From contig OX597832.1 in assembly GCA_951406725.2 (NCBI GenBank), positions 37,138,001 through 37,202,000 on the forward strand: a stretch of 64,000 bases of DNA, in the 5' to 3' direction. The notes beneath the pieces were generated by a model. It made no database searches. It had not been told where the DNA came from and saw nothing but the letters and a program-made list of their open reading frames with translations. Shown here piece after piece: positions 40,864 to 53,371 of the stretch (position 1 is the stretch's first letter; every line of letters starts with the position of its first letter). The DNA is from Octopus vulgaris. Its lineage: Eukaryota. Made by a program: the position numbers and the translations under genes.

Positions 40864-41883
40864 TCACAGTACTTCAGCAAACAAAGCAAGGTTCTGAAAA
40901 TAGTAGTTAGGTTTATCCCCATCGGGAGTATTTAATAGTGTCTGCATGTCTGATGCTCCTGACAGGACCAATGCCGAATCAGAACCGATATTTTTCGCAA
41001 ATTTTATATCGGACTTTAGGCTGTCTCCGATTGTAAGGATTTTATTAAGATTTAATTCAGGAAATTTCAATTTGATGAATTTATAGAGAAAAGAGCTTGG
41101 TTTCCCAACAACAGTATATTTTCTCGGGTGAGCAGCCGCCGAAACGGCGCCCACCACGGCCCCGACTGAAGGACGGTATCGGTTGAGGCCTATTTTGGTC
41201 CCCATTTCAACATCGCTGGTCACTATGAAATGGCAATCAGGGTCCTGTAAATAACTAGAGGCTTTATAAAGTTTGTTATAACACAAGTACTCGTCGAATC
41301 CAACCAGGACCGCCTCAACATCGTCCCTAAAGTGCATATCTAAAAGATCATCTATTTTACGTGAGGTCGAGTCGGGCTCTGGCCCAATTCCAAAATGATC
41401 GATTTTTAAGTTTTGTAATTCTGTTCCCATTGCTTCAGAACCGATCACATAGACAGATTTTTTCACTCCAAGAACTGACTTCAGGTAAAAAGCTGCAGCA
41501 GAATTAATACAGAATATTTCGTCGTGGTTGATATCAAATCCGTATTGGACAAACTTGTCGAAGAACGTGTTCGTAGAATGTAAACTGTTGTTGGTCACAA
41601 ATAAAAGTTGTTTACCATGTTGTCGAAGTTTGTAGAGTGCTTCGTTGACTTTGTCCATCCGACTGACATGATCGGTCCCCCAGATTACTCCATCACAATC
41701 GAGAAGAATCGTGTCATATTTGTCGACGATCCTTTTAGCGGAACTACAATCCAGGTGACAACAATTCGAAGATAATTTGCGTCCAGCATCGAACGATCTC
41801 CGTCGCATTCCATCTGCTAATAACACGCGTGGGGTCAGTTTGGACCATGCGTGGTAGACAGTTCTTGTGAGTTTAAAGACCAT
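40864..41883 (-). CDS. HAD-superfamily subfamily IIA phosphatase (glycerol-3-phosphate/phosphoglycolate phosphatase PGP / pyridoxal phosphate phosphatase PDXP-like), single coding exon, 339 aa
   Basis: Motif I DCDGVIW, motif II FVTNNS, AVLVGFD cap segment, motif III GKPS, motif IV IGDSLKSDI...ALVLSG; good start context AAACATGG; uninterrupted ORF. Confidence 0.95.
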   Translation of the reverse strand: MVFKLTRTVYHAWSKLTPRVLLADGMRRRSFDAGRKLSSNCCHLDCSSAKRIVDKYDTILLDCDGVIWGTDHVSRMDKVNEALYKLRQHGKQLLFVTNNSLHSTNTFFDKFVQYGFDINHDEIFCINSAAAFYLKSVLGVKKSVYVIGSEAMGTELQNLKIDHFGIGPEPDSTSRKIDDLLDMHFRDDVEAVLVGFDEYLCYNKLYKASSYLQDPDCHFIVTSDVEMGTKIGLNRYRPSVGAVVGAVSAAAHPRKYTVVGKPSSFLYKFIKLKFPELNLNKILTIGDSLKSDIKFAKNIGSDSALVLSGASDMQTLLNTPDGDKPNYYFQNLALFAEVL

Positions 41884-42030
41884 GTTTACACTTGATGACT
41901 TTTATCTTCTCACAAAACACACGAAGAATTAGAGAGAGATGTTTCGTGTGTTGTGGCGGTGTGTAACATAGATATCAACGAGATACGTGGCGGCGGAGGA
42001 TAATTAACGTACATAGCATGTGCGAGCATT

Positions 42031-42114
<84 letters not shown>

Positions 42115-42895
42115 GTATCTGTGTGTGTGTTTAATAGAAGGCAAGGTTAATCAACAGAGGTGAAAAGAAGAAGAAGTTTACTGCATGTGGGGAAATATTT
42201 GATCAATGCGTTACGAAAATACATACGACAGCCATCAAGCATATGCGTAATAGATTACTTCATAACATTAACAAAGTCATTTCATTATCATTGAAGATTA
42301 ATTAATGCCAGGAACAGAAATGCAACAGAGTTTCCTAACAAAGCAGCCGCCTCGCGTAAAATCGTTCCACTTGTTTTATGTTGGGGGAGGAAAATACAAC
42401 AAGAGTTATCTACCGTTGGTAGATATTATCTCTTAATATATTTCTTCTCACGAACACTTCGCCACTCCCACCTCCAGGCAGCCAGCCAGCCAGCCAGGGT
42501 ACCCCTCCGTCCTGCTAGAAATAGCTGACAAAGCATTCCTCAACATCTTAAAAACGAAAAGGTGGCATTATATAAAGAAGTCATCGACATCCTTTACGAA
42601 AGACAATCGAGTTATTCCATCAATATCGCCCCTAAAGAAATAAAACACTGATATATTTAGGGAATTCGGCCTTTGACAGCTACAGGTTTGGTAGGGAAGT
42701 TAAGAGTGTTTTTTTTTGTTATCTACGCGGCCTTTTATCGAGGCTCTTACGACAACCGAAAGTGCGTGGAATAGGAAATAGCATTAACTAGAGTGTGTGT
42801 GTGTGTGTGGGGGGAGCTTGCCTGCAAGATCGTAAGTGGGTAAGTTTCACAAAATATTTCCCAATAACCTGACTGTATACTACTACTACTACTAA

Positions 42896-42938
<43 letters not shown>

Positions 42939-42948
42939 ACTACTACTA

Positions 42949-43023
<75 letters not shown>

Positions 43024-43559
43024 TAGCTGCGTTGATCATCGCTGTTGGAGAAGATTAAAACTAAGAAAATCCTATGATGTTACAGCATTCTGTGAGCCCC
43101 ATATAATTCTTACAACCCAATCATTAATGTTAACAAGAAGGAAATAGAACGCTTGAGGCTCGTGATCATGAGGTCGCGGTTTCGATTCTTGAACCGGATG
43201 GCGCATTGTCCTTGAGCAAGGTACTTCATTTTACGTAGTTCCAGCTAAAAATGAATACCAGTCTAGTTTTGGTGCAGCCAGTAGCGTACCTAAAGTAGGT
43301 AACAGGGGTGGACTACCCCAGATACGCTTTTTTCTTTATAGGGTGACACTTTGGAGTCTGCTTTATAAAAGCTTATACGGAGCTGGTGACAAATTCAAGG
43401 GCTACCCCGGTTGGCACGCTACTAGGTATAGCCCTCACTCCCTCTGATCCCCACATCTTTGATATTCAATTGGGTCAAGGATGAAGGGACCAAGAGGTTA
43501 TCTATAAGTGTTTGCAACCGCATAGGTACTTAAAACAAATATAAAAAGCTCAGTACTTC

Positions 43560-43999
43560 TTTTGATCAAGTCACACTCGCTTACATGAACCACAAACCTT
43601 TCGATAGGTAAGTTAACTCTTTATTGTCGGGAAAAGTCTTGCATAGTCTTACTTTTCTGTTTACAGATTGTATTTGTAATGTGGGAATCAGTTGCTTGAT
43701 TTCTTCTTCTGAAAATCCAAGCCAGCTTATCCAGACTGACAAGCGAGGCATTCACTTACGAAACCAAGTGCTTCAATAATCATTGGTATAAAGGAAAATT
43801 TGCAATCCTGAAATAGAAGCTGGAGGTTTCGAAGAAGTTGTCCTTTGATTTTCAAAGAGAGATTCACATCAGCAGAAGCAGCTGACCTCTGTGACGGTGC
43901 ATACGTTTCTTGTCCGTACCAAATAACAATATCCGGCCTGTTATGCTTCCACTTGACAGACATTTTGATGGGAATGTTCCACCAGCATTCTTTGCACTG

Positions 44000-44000
<1 letters not shown>
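43560..44000 (-). pseudogene. R4/Dong-like LINE C-terminal restriction-like endonuclease fragment
   Basis: WWNIPIKMSVKWKHNRPDIVIW...ADVNLSLK...LLRNLQLLFQDCKFSFIPMIIEALG (RPD motif; PIIIGALG-like). Confidence 0.7.
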
Positions 44001-44030
<30 letters not shown>

Positions 44031-44236
44031 TGTATGTATGTATGTATGTATGTATGTATGTATGTATGTATGTATGTGTGTGTGTATGTATGTATGTATG
44101 TATGTATGTGTGTATGTATGTATGTATGTATGTATGTATGTATGTATGTATGTATGTATGTGTGTGTGTATGTATGTATGTATGTATGTATGTATGTATG
44201 TGTGTGTGTGTATGTATGTATGTATGTATGTATGTA

Positions 44237-44267
<31 letters not shown>

Positions 44268-44328
44268 ATGTATGTGTGTGTGTATGTATGTATGTATGTA
44301 TGTATGTGTGTATGTATGTATGTATGTA

Positions 44329-44361
<33 letters not shown>

Positions 44362-45200
44362 GTGTGTATGTATGTATGTATGTATGTATGTATGTATGTA
44401 TGTATGTGTGTGTGTGTATGTATGTATGTATGTATGTATGTGTGTGTGTGTATGTATGTATGTATGTATGTGTGTATGTATGTATGTATGTATGTGTGTG
44501 TGTATGTATGTATGTATGTGTGTGTGTGTGTGTATGTGTGTATGTGTATGTATGTATGTATGTATGTATGTGTGTGTCTGTATGTATGTATGTATGTATG
44601 TATGTGTGTGTGTATGTGTGTATGTATGTATGTATGTATGTATGTGTGTGTCTGTATGTATGTATGTATGTATGTATGTATGTGTGTGTGTGTATGTATT
44701 TATGTATGTATGTATGTATGTATGTATGTATGTATGTATGTATGTATGTGTGTGTATGTATGTATGTATGTATGTATGTATGTATGTATGTATGTGTGTA
44801 TGTATGTATGTATGTATGTATGTATGTATGTATGTATGTATGTATGCATGCATGTATGTATGTGTGTATGTATGTATGTATGTATGTATGTATGTGTGTG
44901 TATGTATGTATGTGTGTATGTATGCATGCATGCATGCATGCATGTATGTATTTATTTATGCATATGTGTGTGTATGTATGTATGCATGTATGTATGTATG
45001 TATGTATGTATGCATGTATGTACGTACGTACGTATGTACGTACGTACGTATGTATGTATGTATGTATGTATGTATGTATGTACGTACGTACGTACGTACG
45101 TACGTATGTATGTATGTATGTATGTATGTATGTATGTATGTATGTACGTACGTACGTACGTATGTATGTATGTATGTATGTATGTATGTATGTATGTATG
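44001..45200. repeat. ~1.2-kb compound (TATG)n/(TG)n/(TACG)n microsatellite
   Basis: Direct reading. Confidence 0.95.
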
Positions 45201-46139
45201 TTTCTTTGGGATTAATTTTAACTTTTTTCCACTGAAGAGTTGAAGCCGGTTCTTGACAAAGTGGAAGGCTCTTTTGTTTAAGTCAAAACAGCTTTTGTGG
45301 TTTTTGGTTACCTGAATTGGTTGGTGTGGGCACATATGTGCGTGCGCGTGGATAGACTTGCACTCTTAGGAATGAGGACCCAGGTTCGAAATTTCTCCAA
45401 GACACCTGACAAAGACTGGAGGGTATATCAGTCAAAACGTTGTGTTAACAACAAACAAGATGAGGACAAATATCCGTCAATTGTAAATAATGTACACAAT
45501 TCCTCATCTCTTAAATATAGAACTGTATCATTTCAACCAGTTGAAGTTTTTCGAATTATAATTTAACAGAATCCTCAAAAAGTTAACTAAGCAATTTGAT
45601 AGTCACAAAATTATTCACTACCCAACTGTCATTGTTACCATGCACGTTTTATGTACTGGCTTTCATAATGTTATTTGCATTGTGATGAATTACACCTTAT
45701 AATTATTCGTACTCTTGGCTAAGTTGGTAAAGCTTTTATCTTTTACTTGTTTCAGTCGTTAGAAAGCTGCCAAGCTGGGACACTGTCTCGAAGAGTTTTA
45801 ATTGAACTTATCGACCAAGTACTAATTTTTTAGTAAAGCCTGGTACTTATTCTACTGTACTCTTTTGGCGAACTGCTTAGTTACGGGGATGTAAACACAC
45901 CAATACCGGTTGTCAATCAGTGGTGGAGCTCAAGCACGTACACTAAGACATACATACATACAGAGTTTCGAATGGAAAGAGTATTCGAGGTCGTTGTGAA
46001 TTCTTGGTAGGGAAGAAGAAGAAGAAGAAGGGGAGGAGGAGGAGATGGAGCACAAGAAGAAGAAGAAGAAGAAGAAGAAGAAGAGAAGAAGAAGAAGAAG
46101 AAGAATGCGGGAGTGTCATGATAATAGTATGTTAAATGG

Positions 46140-46640
46140 TCAAGTGCTCTTTCACGGGTCACTTTCAGGGCACTCGCGGAGAGAATAAGAGCCAGATGGA
46201 AAGAGCGTTCGACTTCATCAAAGATGTGCTCAAAGGAAAGCTGGATTGGACCAGTCGCGCCTGCAGTTTTGTACGGAAGCGAAACCTGGGCCCCGACGAA
46301 GAGAGAAGAGCAGAGCCTGGAGGCTGGTGACTGCTCGAAGATCTATGGAAAGATCGATGCTGGGAGTGACGTTGAAAGAAGACATCCGGAGCGAAACGAT
46401 CAGAGAGAATTCTGGCGTGGGAGACATCCTCACCGAATGCAGACGACAGAAGTTCAAATGGGCTGGACTCGTCGTTCGGTTTACCGACAATCGGTGGGCT
46501 CATGCAGTTGCTGAGTATCCGCGCAAGCAGAAGAGGCCTCTTGGAAGGCCTCCAAAACGGTGGGTTGACGAAATATGACAAGTATTTGGAGTGAAGTGGA
46601 TCTGTGACCAGCGGTATCAAAACGACGCCCGACAATCTGG
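46140..46640 (+). pseudogene. RTE-clade LINE 3' fragment
   Basis: PAVLYGSETW...MERSMLGVTLKEDIRSETIRENSGVGDI...KFKWAGLVVRFTDNRW...RPLGRPPKRW. Confidence 0.85.
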
Positions 46641-46661
46641 TCGGTCAAGGTGATCAAGGTA

Positions 46662-47005
46662 GCACGTTGGGCAAGTGTCTTCTGCTATGGCCTCGGGCCG
46701 ACCAAGGCCTTGTGCGGGGATTTGAGAGACGGAAACTGAAAGAAGCCCGTCATATATATATATTTGCATATAACTATGTATGTGTGTCTTTGTGTCTGTT
46801 TTTGTACGACCATCACTTCTTGACAACCGGTGTTGGTATGTTTACGCCCCCGTAACTTGGCGGTTCGTCGAAGGAGAAAAATAAATACTAGGCTTTAAAA
46901 AAGTCCTGAGATCGATTTCTTTAACCCTTCAAGGTCGATTTACTTAACCCTTCAAGGTGGTGCTCCAGCATGGCCGCAGTCAAATGACTGAAACAAGTAA
47001 AAGAA
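46662..47005 (+). mobile_element. SINE family A (5'-truncated, CpG-rich)
   Basis: Family A core and tail. Confidence 0.75.
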
Positions 47006-47109
47006 AAAAAAAAGAATATACGACGAACTTCTTTCAGGTTCCATCTACCAAATCCACTCACAAGTCGTTGGTGGGCCTGGGGCTATAGCAGTGAAACCAC
47101 ACACTCATG

Positions 47110-47174
<65 letters not shown>

Positions 47175-47788
47175 CAGTGTATTGTCGAAGTCAGTCGGTC
47201 ACGTTTAGAGGAATACGGTAAAAGAAGACATCTACGGACGCGGATGTGGAACCTGCCAATCTCACACCCAAAACACATTTTCAGTTTAATGCCAGTTATT
47301 AGAGCGACGGGACACTTCTTAGCAAGCTGCCCTTTGATTATTGTCAAAAGAACATAGCTTCATAATTTATACGTTACAGATGATTATGGCATCTGGGATA
47401 ATAACCTTTAAGATTGTTCAAAGGGAGAACAGTTATGCGCTGGATAATAAATCGTAAAAACCTTGTTTTAGTGGGCTTTTATATCCTTATAACTCTGCGT
47501 TGCGCAGGTGAACGGTCGAAATTAGCAGTAAAATCATAGGAAGAAAAACATACTTGCATACGTATATTCATTAATAATATATTCACGCATACATATATAC
47601 AAAATATGACAAAGACTCGTAAATTATTGAATAGAGTCTTGTTCTGAACACACACAGAGGTTTACGATGTGTTGTAGATGCACATAGTCACATACATTCG
47701 CAAATATATCGGTTACTCATAAAGCACACACACACACACATATACAAATACTGTGGCCTTGTTTGAAGACATACACTGGAACATAAGC

Positions 47789-47831
<43 letters not shown>

Positions 47832-48099
47832 TGTGTATGTGTGTGTGTGTGTAAATATCTATCTGACCTTTTGAACTTTTCCACCAACGAATACGACGAC
47901 GATGATGACGACGATGACAACGACAGCTACCATGACCACCACCACGACAGCAATCACGCACGAAAGACAACAATGACCATAACACGATGACAAGAATAAC
48001 AACAGCAACAAATTATAGCGAAAGTAAGAGCAAAAATTTCTAGTTGTTCCCCTTCTTTATTACAGTAAACAAAAGTTACCTCCCTTATGTTATTAATAA

Positions 48100-48900
48100 G
48101 CTTACTTACCACAGGCGCAAGGTTTGAAATTTTGCGAGAACGGGGCTAGTTGATTACATCGATCCCTGTTCTCAACTGGTAATTATTTCATCAACCCCGA
48201 ATGGATGAAAGGCAAAGTCGACCTCGGTGGAGTGTGAACTTAAAACATAAAGAAGGACTAAATGCTACTAAACATTTTATCCCGCGTGATAACGATTCTT
48301 TTCTACTCTAGGCACAAGGCCCGAAATTTTGGGGGCGGGGCCAGTCGATTAGATCGACCCCAGTACGCAACTGGTTCTTAATTTATCGACCCCCAACAGG
48401 ATGAAAGGCGGAATTTAAACTCAGAACGTAAAGACAGAAGACGAAATACCTATTTCTTTACTACCCACAAGGGGCTAAACACAGAGAGGAGAAACAAGGA
48501 CAGACAAACGGATTAAGTCGATTATATCGACCCCAGTGCGTAACTGGTACTTATTTAATCAACTTCGAAAGGATGAAAGGCAAAGTCGACCTCGGCGGAA
48601 TTTGAACTCAGAACATAGCGGCAGACGAAATACCGCTAAGCATTACGCCCGGCGGTGCTAACGATTCTACGAGCTCGCCATCTTCCTTATATTTATTGAT
48701 TCCAAATTTTGGTACAAAGCCAGTAAGTTCGGGTGAGAAGGTAAGTCGGTTACATCGACCCCGATGCTCAAGTGGTACTTATTTTATCCACCCTGAAAAG
48801 ATGAAAAGCAAAGTCGGTCCCTGCGGAGCTCGAACTCAGAAAGTTTCCTAAATGTCGCTGAGCATTTTGTCCTGCGTGCTAACAATTCTGCCCGTTCGCC
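48100..48900 (-). mobile_element. Cluster of SINE family B copies
   Basis: Several reverse-complement family B units in tandem. Confidence 0.75.
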
Positions 48901-49221
48901 GCATTTATTATGTTATTAATCACAACTGAAATAAATTGTTTCTTTTCCATTCAGCAAGGTCAATGGAGCTATGACCAGGACGAATTGGTGTCATCAGACG
49001 GTATCCAATGATCATCGGGTGTTTCGATCCTGAACCGTGACACTCTAACTTTGGTGGATCAGCAGAGGTAGCCATATTACTGCTCGTCATAATCTCCTCC
49101 AGGCTTCCAGCTTGAGGAGTTGGTAACCATTATTTTTGTCTCGGCTGGTGGTTCTCAACGGGATCTTCATGGCTCCTGTGGGTCCATGCAAGCAATATAA
49201 TAAATTATGGGTTTACATAGT

Positions 49222-49380
49222 GCAGGCATGGCTGTGTGGTTAGGAATTTGCTTCCCAACCACAAAGTTCCGGATTCAGTCCCACTGCGTGGCACATTGGG
49301 ACAATGTCTACTACTATAGCCACGGATCGACCAAAACCTTGTGAGTAGATTTGGGTGACGGAAACTGAAAGAAGCCCGTC

Positions 49381-49432
<52 letters not shown>

Positions 49433-49940
49433 GTAGAGAGAATTTACAAAAAAAAAGACGAAGACGGGTGTATAAACAACAAACAAATGTACATTATTTA
49501 CATTATTTACATTCGACGGATGTGGACAAATATCTGACGAATGTAAATACCGTAAATACCGTAAATAATGTAAATAATGTACAGAATTCCTCATCTCTTA
49601 AATATAGAACAAACAAATGTATTAGTTTAAGACTCGGGTAGTGAGAAAGTCTTTTACGTTTCGAGCTAAAACTCTTCGACAGAAAGGAACACAGAAATAA
49701 AGAGGGAGAGAAAATAAAAAAGGTTTAGTGGCTAGTGGTGTATGTATATGTGTTTGTTCCCCTGTCGTCGCTTGACAACAGATGCTGGTGTGTTTATGTC
49801 CCCTTAACTTAGCGGTTCGGCAAAAGAAGCCGACAGAATAAGTACTAGGTTCACAAAGAATAAGTCTTGGGGTCGATTTCTTCGACTAAAACCCCTTTAA
49901 GGTGGTGCTCCAGAATGCCCGCAGTCAAATGACTGAAGCG
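49222..49940 (+). mobile_element. SINE family A with nested Penelope-type modules in its (TA)n
   Basis: Head 49222-49380, inserts ~49430-49735, tail 49740-49940. Confidence 0.75.
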
Positions 49941-50439
49941 TGTCAAAGAATAAAAGAATAATATTTTAGGGAACCAAACGTATTTATTACGAGAAACAAA
50001 TAGATTTCTTTTTCTAATGTTTTACACAGTTTAACGTGTTCCTGGCCATTGAAACGTTCTCTCAGGAGTTGTCATTGCTAGCTTACACAAGTGAATGGGT
50101 GGAAAACAAAATAAGAATCTAGACTGGCTCTACACAAACCATGTCCACTCTAATAATAAATCCCTGCTGCTTTGTGGGGGGAAATTATCGAAATTTTAAA
50201 AACTCTAAGTGAATAAACTCGTAAAGAAAATCCAGAGCGGGAGACCTCAAGGGGGATGAGTATGCTTATATCTAACTATTATTTGGCATCTCCTGCGTTT
50301 CCACAGATGCTGCGAATGAATTGACTTGTCTTTCCTTCGTGGCATATCCATGAGTGGAGAAGTGATAAATGTACTTGGGGTTGAGTAGTTGCTTATGGAA
50401 ACAGCCCAGACGGGGTTAAGTTACTGTCTCTGCAATACC

Positions 50440-50672
50440 TATTTCTTTATTACCCACAAGGGGCTAAACACAGAGGGAACAAACAAGGACAGACATAGGT
50501 ATTAAGTCGATTACATCGACCCCAGTTCGTAACTGGTACTTAATTTATCGACCCCGAAAGGATGAAAGGCAAAGTCGACCTCGGCGGAATTTGAACTCAC
50601 AACGTAACACAGACGAAATACCGCTAAGCATTTCGCCCGGCGTGCTAACGTTTCTGCCAGTTCGCCGCCTTA
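50440..50672 (-). mobile_element. Young SINE family B insertion with 17-bp TSD
   Basis: ACTGTCTCTGCAATACC at 50423-50439 and 50673-50689. Confidence 0.9.
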
Positions 50673-50739
50673 ACTGTCTCTGCAATACCGTCGACCGCGA
50701 CGAAAAAGGCCAGCCATGCCACTCCAGCACAAACCAAAA

Positions 50740-51030
50740 CGGAATTCCATGACATACAAAGATCTCATTGTTGAGGTTCACTCACAATGTTTTGAAGAAG
50801 AACGATGACCTCTTCGTATGTTTTGCATTCACGTATGTCATCATAAACAGTTGTCAAGATGGGATTCCTGACAGTTTCTAGTTTATTTGTATTGAGCTTT
50901 TTGATCGATGCAAGACAAGTCGAAAAGGATCTGTGGTAATGAAGCCAGTTTTTTGTCGAGTCAGTCCCGTTGGCAGCCACTATTGAGAATGCTTTAGTTG
51001 GGGTCACGGCTTTATTCCGTGCATTAACAT
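50740..51030 (-). pseudogene. Ty3/gypsy-like gag N-terminal remnant
   Basis: KNWLHYHRSF..CL...NKLE....I...VYDDIRECKTYEEVI.LLQ then (frameshift) NNEIFVCH, resembling gag ...KPxNEIFARH. Confidence 0.5.
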
Positions 51031-51327
51031 CTTGTTACAGATCGCAGGTTGGTGAGGAGGAGAGCAGTAAACAGTCAACGTAGCTTATCAAGAAGCAGGA
51101 CTCTATATGAAGGGTTATGTTGTTGCATAGAAATTCAGTCCAGGTCAGGATGAAAGGGGAGGAGGAGAGCGAGTCTGAGTCAAAGAAAGGGAATAGAAAA
51201 GGGGGTGAAATGTTGTAAATGGTATAGTGGTGGTGGTGGTGATGCTGCTGCTGATGATGATGGTGATGGAACAGTTGGTGGTGATGATGACGATGGTGGT
51301 GATGGGACGATGATGATAATAGAGGTC

Positions 51328-51366
<39 letters not shown>

Positions 51367-51373
51367 ATGGTGG

Positions 51374-51405
<32 letters not shown>

Positions 51406-52122
51406 GTGGTGGTGATGATGATGATGATGATGATTATAGTGCTGGTTGGTGGTGCAGGTGGTGGTGGTGATAATGGTGATGATGATGTGAGGATGAAGTG
51501 GATGACATCGCCGTGCCGCCGCCTACGATGACGATGATACGACGACGATGATGATGATGATAATAATAATGGTAATGGTGACGATGAAGACAGATGATGA
51601 TGGCCGTCGAGATGGTAGTAGTGGTGGTGGTGGTGGTGGTCGTGGACGATGCTACAACCGACAATGCAAAACAAAAACAAAAACTGTAACTACTCCTCGC
51701 CTCGACTTCTCTGTTGTGTCTCTGTTGTGATGATGTCCCGCTGTTAACTGTTCAATGTCATCCATTAAGCAGACGAGACAAGTGAGATGTGACGTGGTGC
51801 AATACACAGGACTGGCGGTGGTGGCGGTGGTGGTGGTAAGTGTAGTGGTGGTGGTGGCGGCGGCGGTTGTGTGGTGCGTTGACAGTGATGGTGGTGGTGG
51901 TTGTAGTTAAATGGTAATTGTAGTGCTGATAGTAAAGGTGGTATTAACGGGGCTGGTGGTGTTGGTGGATTGGTAGATGGGGTGATGGTCATCAGGCAAT
52001 TTATGACGACTCGTCATAACTTGCCTCATACCCCTGTGACTATGCACACACACACACACGCACACACACACACACACATGCATACATACATACATACATA
52101 CATACATACATACATACATACA

Positions 52123-52156
<34 letters not shown>

Positions 52157-52234
52157 CATACATACATATATACACACATACATACATACATACATACATA
52201 CATACATACATACATACATACATACATACATACA

Positions 52235-52268
<34 letters not shown>

Positions 52269-52325
52269 CATACATACATACATACATACATACATACATA
52301 CATACATACATACATACATACACAC

Positions 52326-52356
<31 letters not shown>

Positions 52357-52614
52357 CATACATGCATACATACACATACATACATACATACATACATACA
52401 TACATGCATACATGCATACACACACACACGCACATATATACATATATATGTGTGTGTATGCATATATATCTACTCTTTTACTCTTTTACTTGTTTCAGTC
52501 ATGTAACTATGGCCACGCTGGAGCACCGCCTTTAGTCGAGCAAATCGACCCCATGACTTATTCTTTGTAAGCCTAGTACTTATTCTATCGGTCTCTTTTG
52601 CCGAACCGCTAATC

Positions 52615-53290
52615 TTTCTAGCTGACTTCTGGGTTCGAAACCTCTTGGAACGTGGTGACTTCATTGGTTGCTGCTTGGTCTGGAGATCATAATGATAAAA
52701 CCAAGTTTCATCCATATAAACTAAACGAGCTATAAAAATCAGCCTCACTCGTTGCAAACCGATCCAACACCGTCTTTGATGTTGTCACTGATGCACTTCT
52801 GATCTACGTTCAGGTATTTCGGCACCCATTTTGCGGAAGGCTTTCTCTTGTCTAGAATTTACTGGATGATGTGACCAACTCTTTCGCAGGAAATCCCCAA
52901 AGTCTCCGCTGTGACTTTAGCTGAAATCCGCCGGTCCTCGAGAACCATGACGTATACAGCGTCGGCTTTGTTCTCTGTGGCCGCGGAAGTTGGCCGTCCT
53001 GACCAGGGTCCATCTGTGAATTCGAAATGACCAGTTTGAAACCTTAACATTCAGATTTTCCCTGTGAAGTAAGACGGACAGTCATGCTTCAAGACTTCCT
53101 TCATTTCGCCATGAATTTCCGCCGTTCCTTTGCCTTGCATGACTGTCCGTGCTTCAATTTTACTAGTGTAGAAGCCGCCATCACGCGCTAAATCTACAAA
53201 AAGGAGGAAGATACATTGTATACTATCATGATTGTCCTGTTTCTCCTGTAAAAGTAACCAGCCCTTAAAACCAGATTTTTTCAGCACCCA

Positions 53291-53293
<3 letters not shown>
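52615..53293 (-). pseudogene. Mariner transposon 5' half (TIR + degenerate transposase)
   Basis: GPWSGRP..., DRRISAKVTAETLGIS.ERVGHII, KWVPKYL, MDETWFYHYD..TKQQ; terminal CGATGGGTGCTGAAAAAATCTGG. Confidence 0.85.

Positions 53294-53371
<78 letters not shown>

Noticed and set aside
43727-45243. Long 350-440 aa ORFs (HTYI / MYVC repeats)
   Set aside because: Translations of the (TATG)n microsatellite; only the 43727-44000 end carries real (LINE-derived) coding signal.
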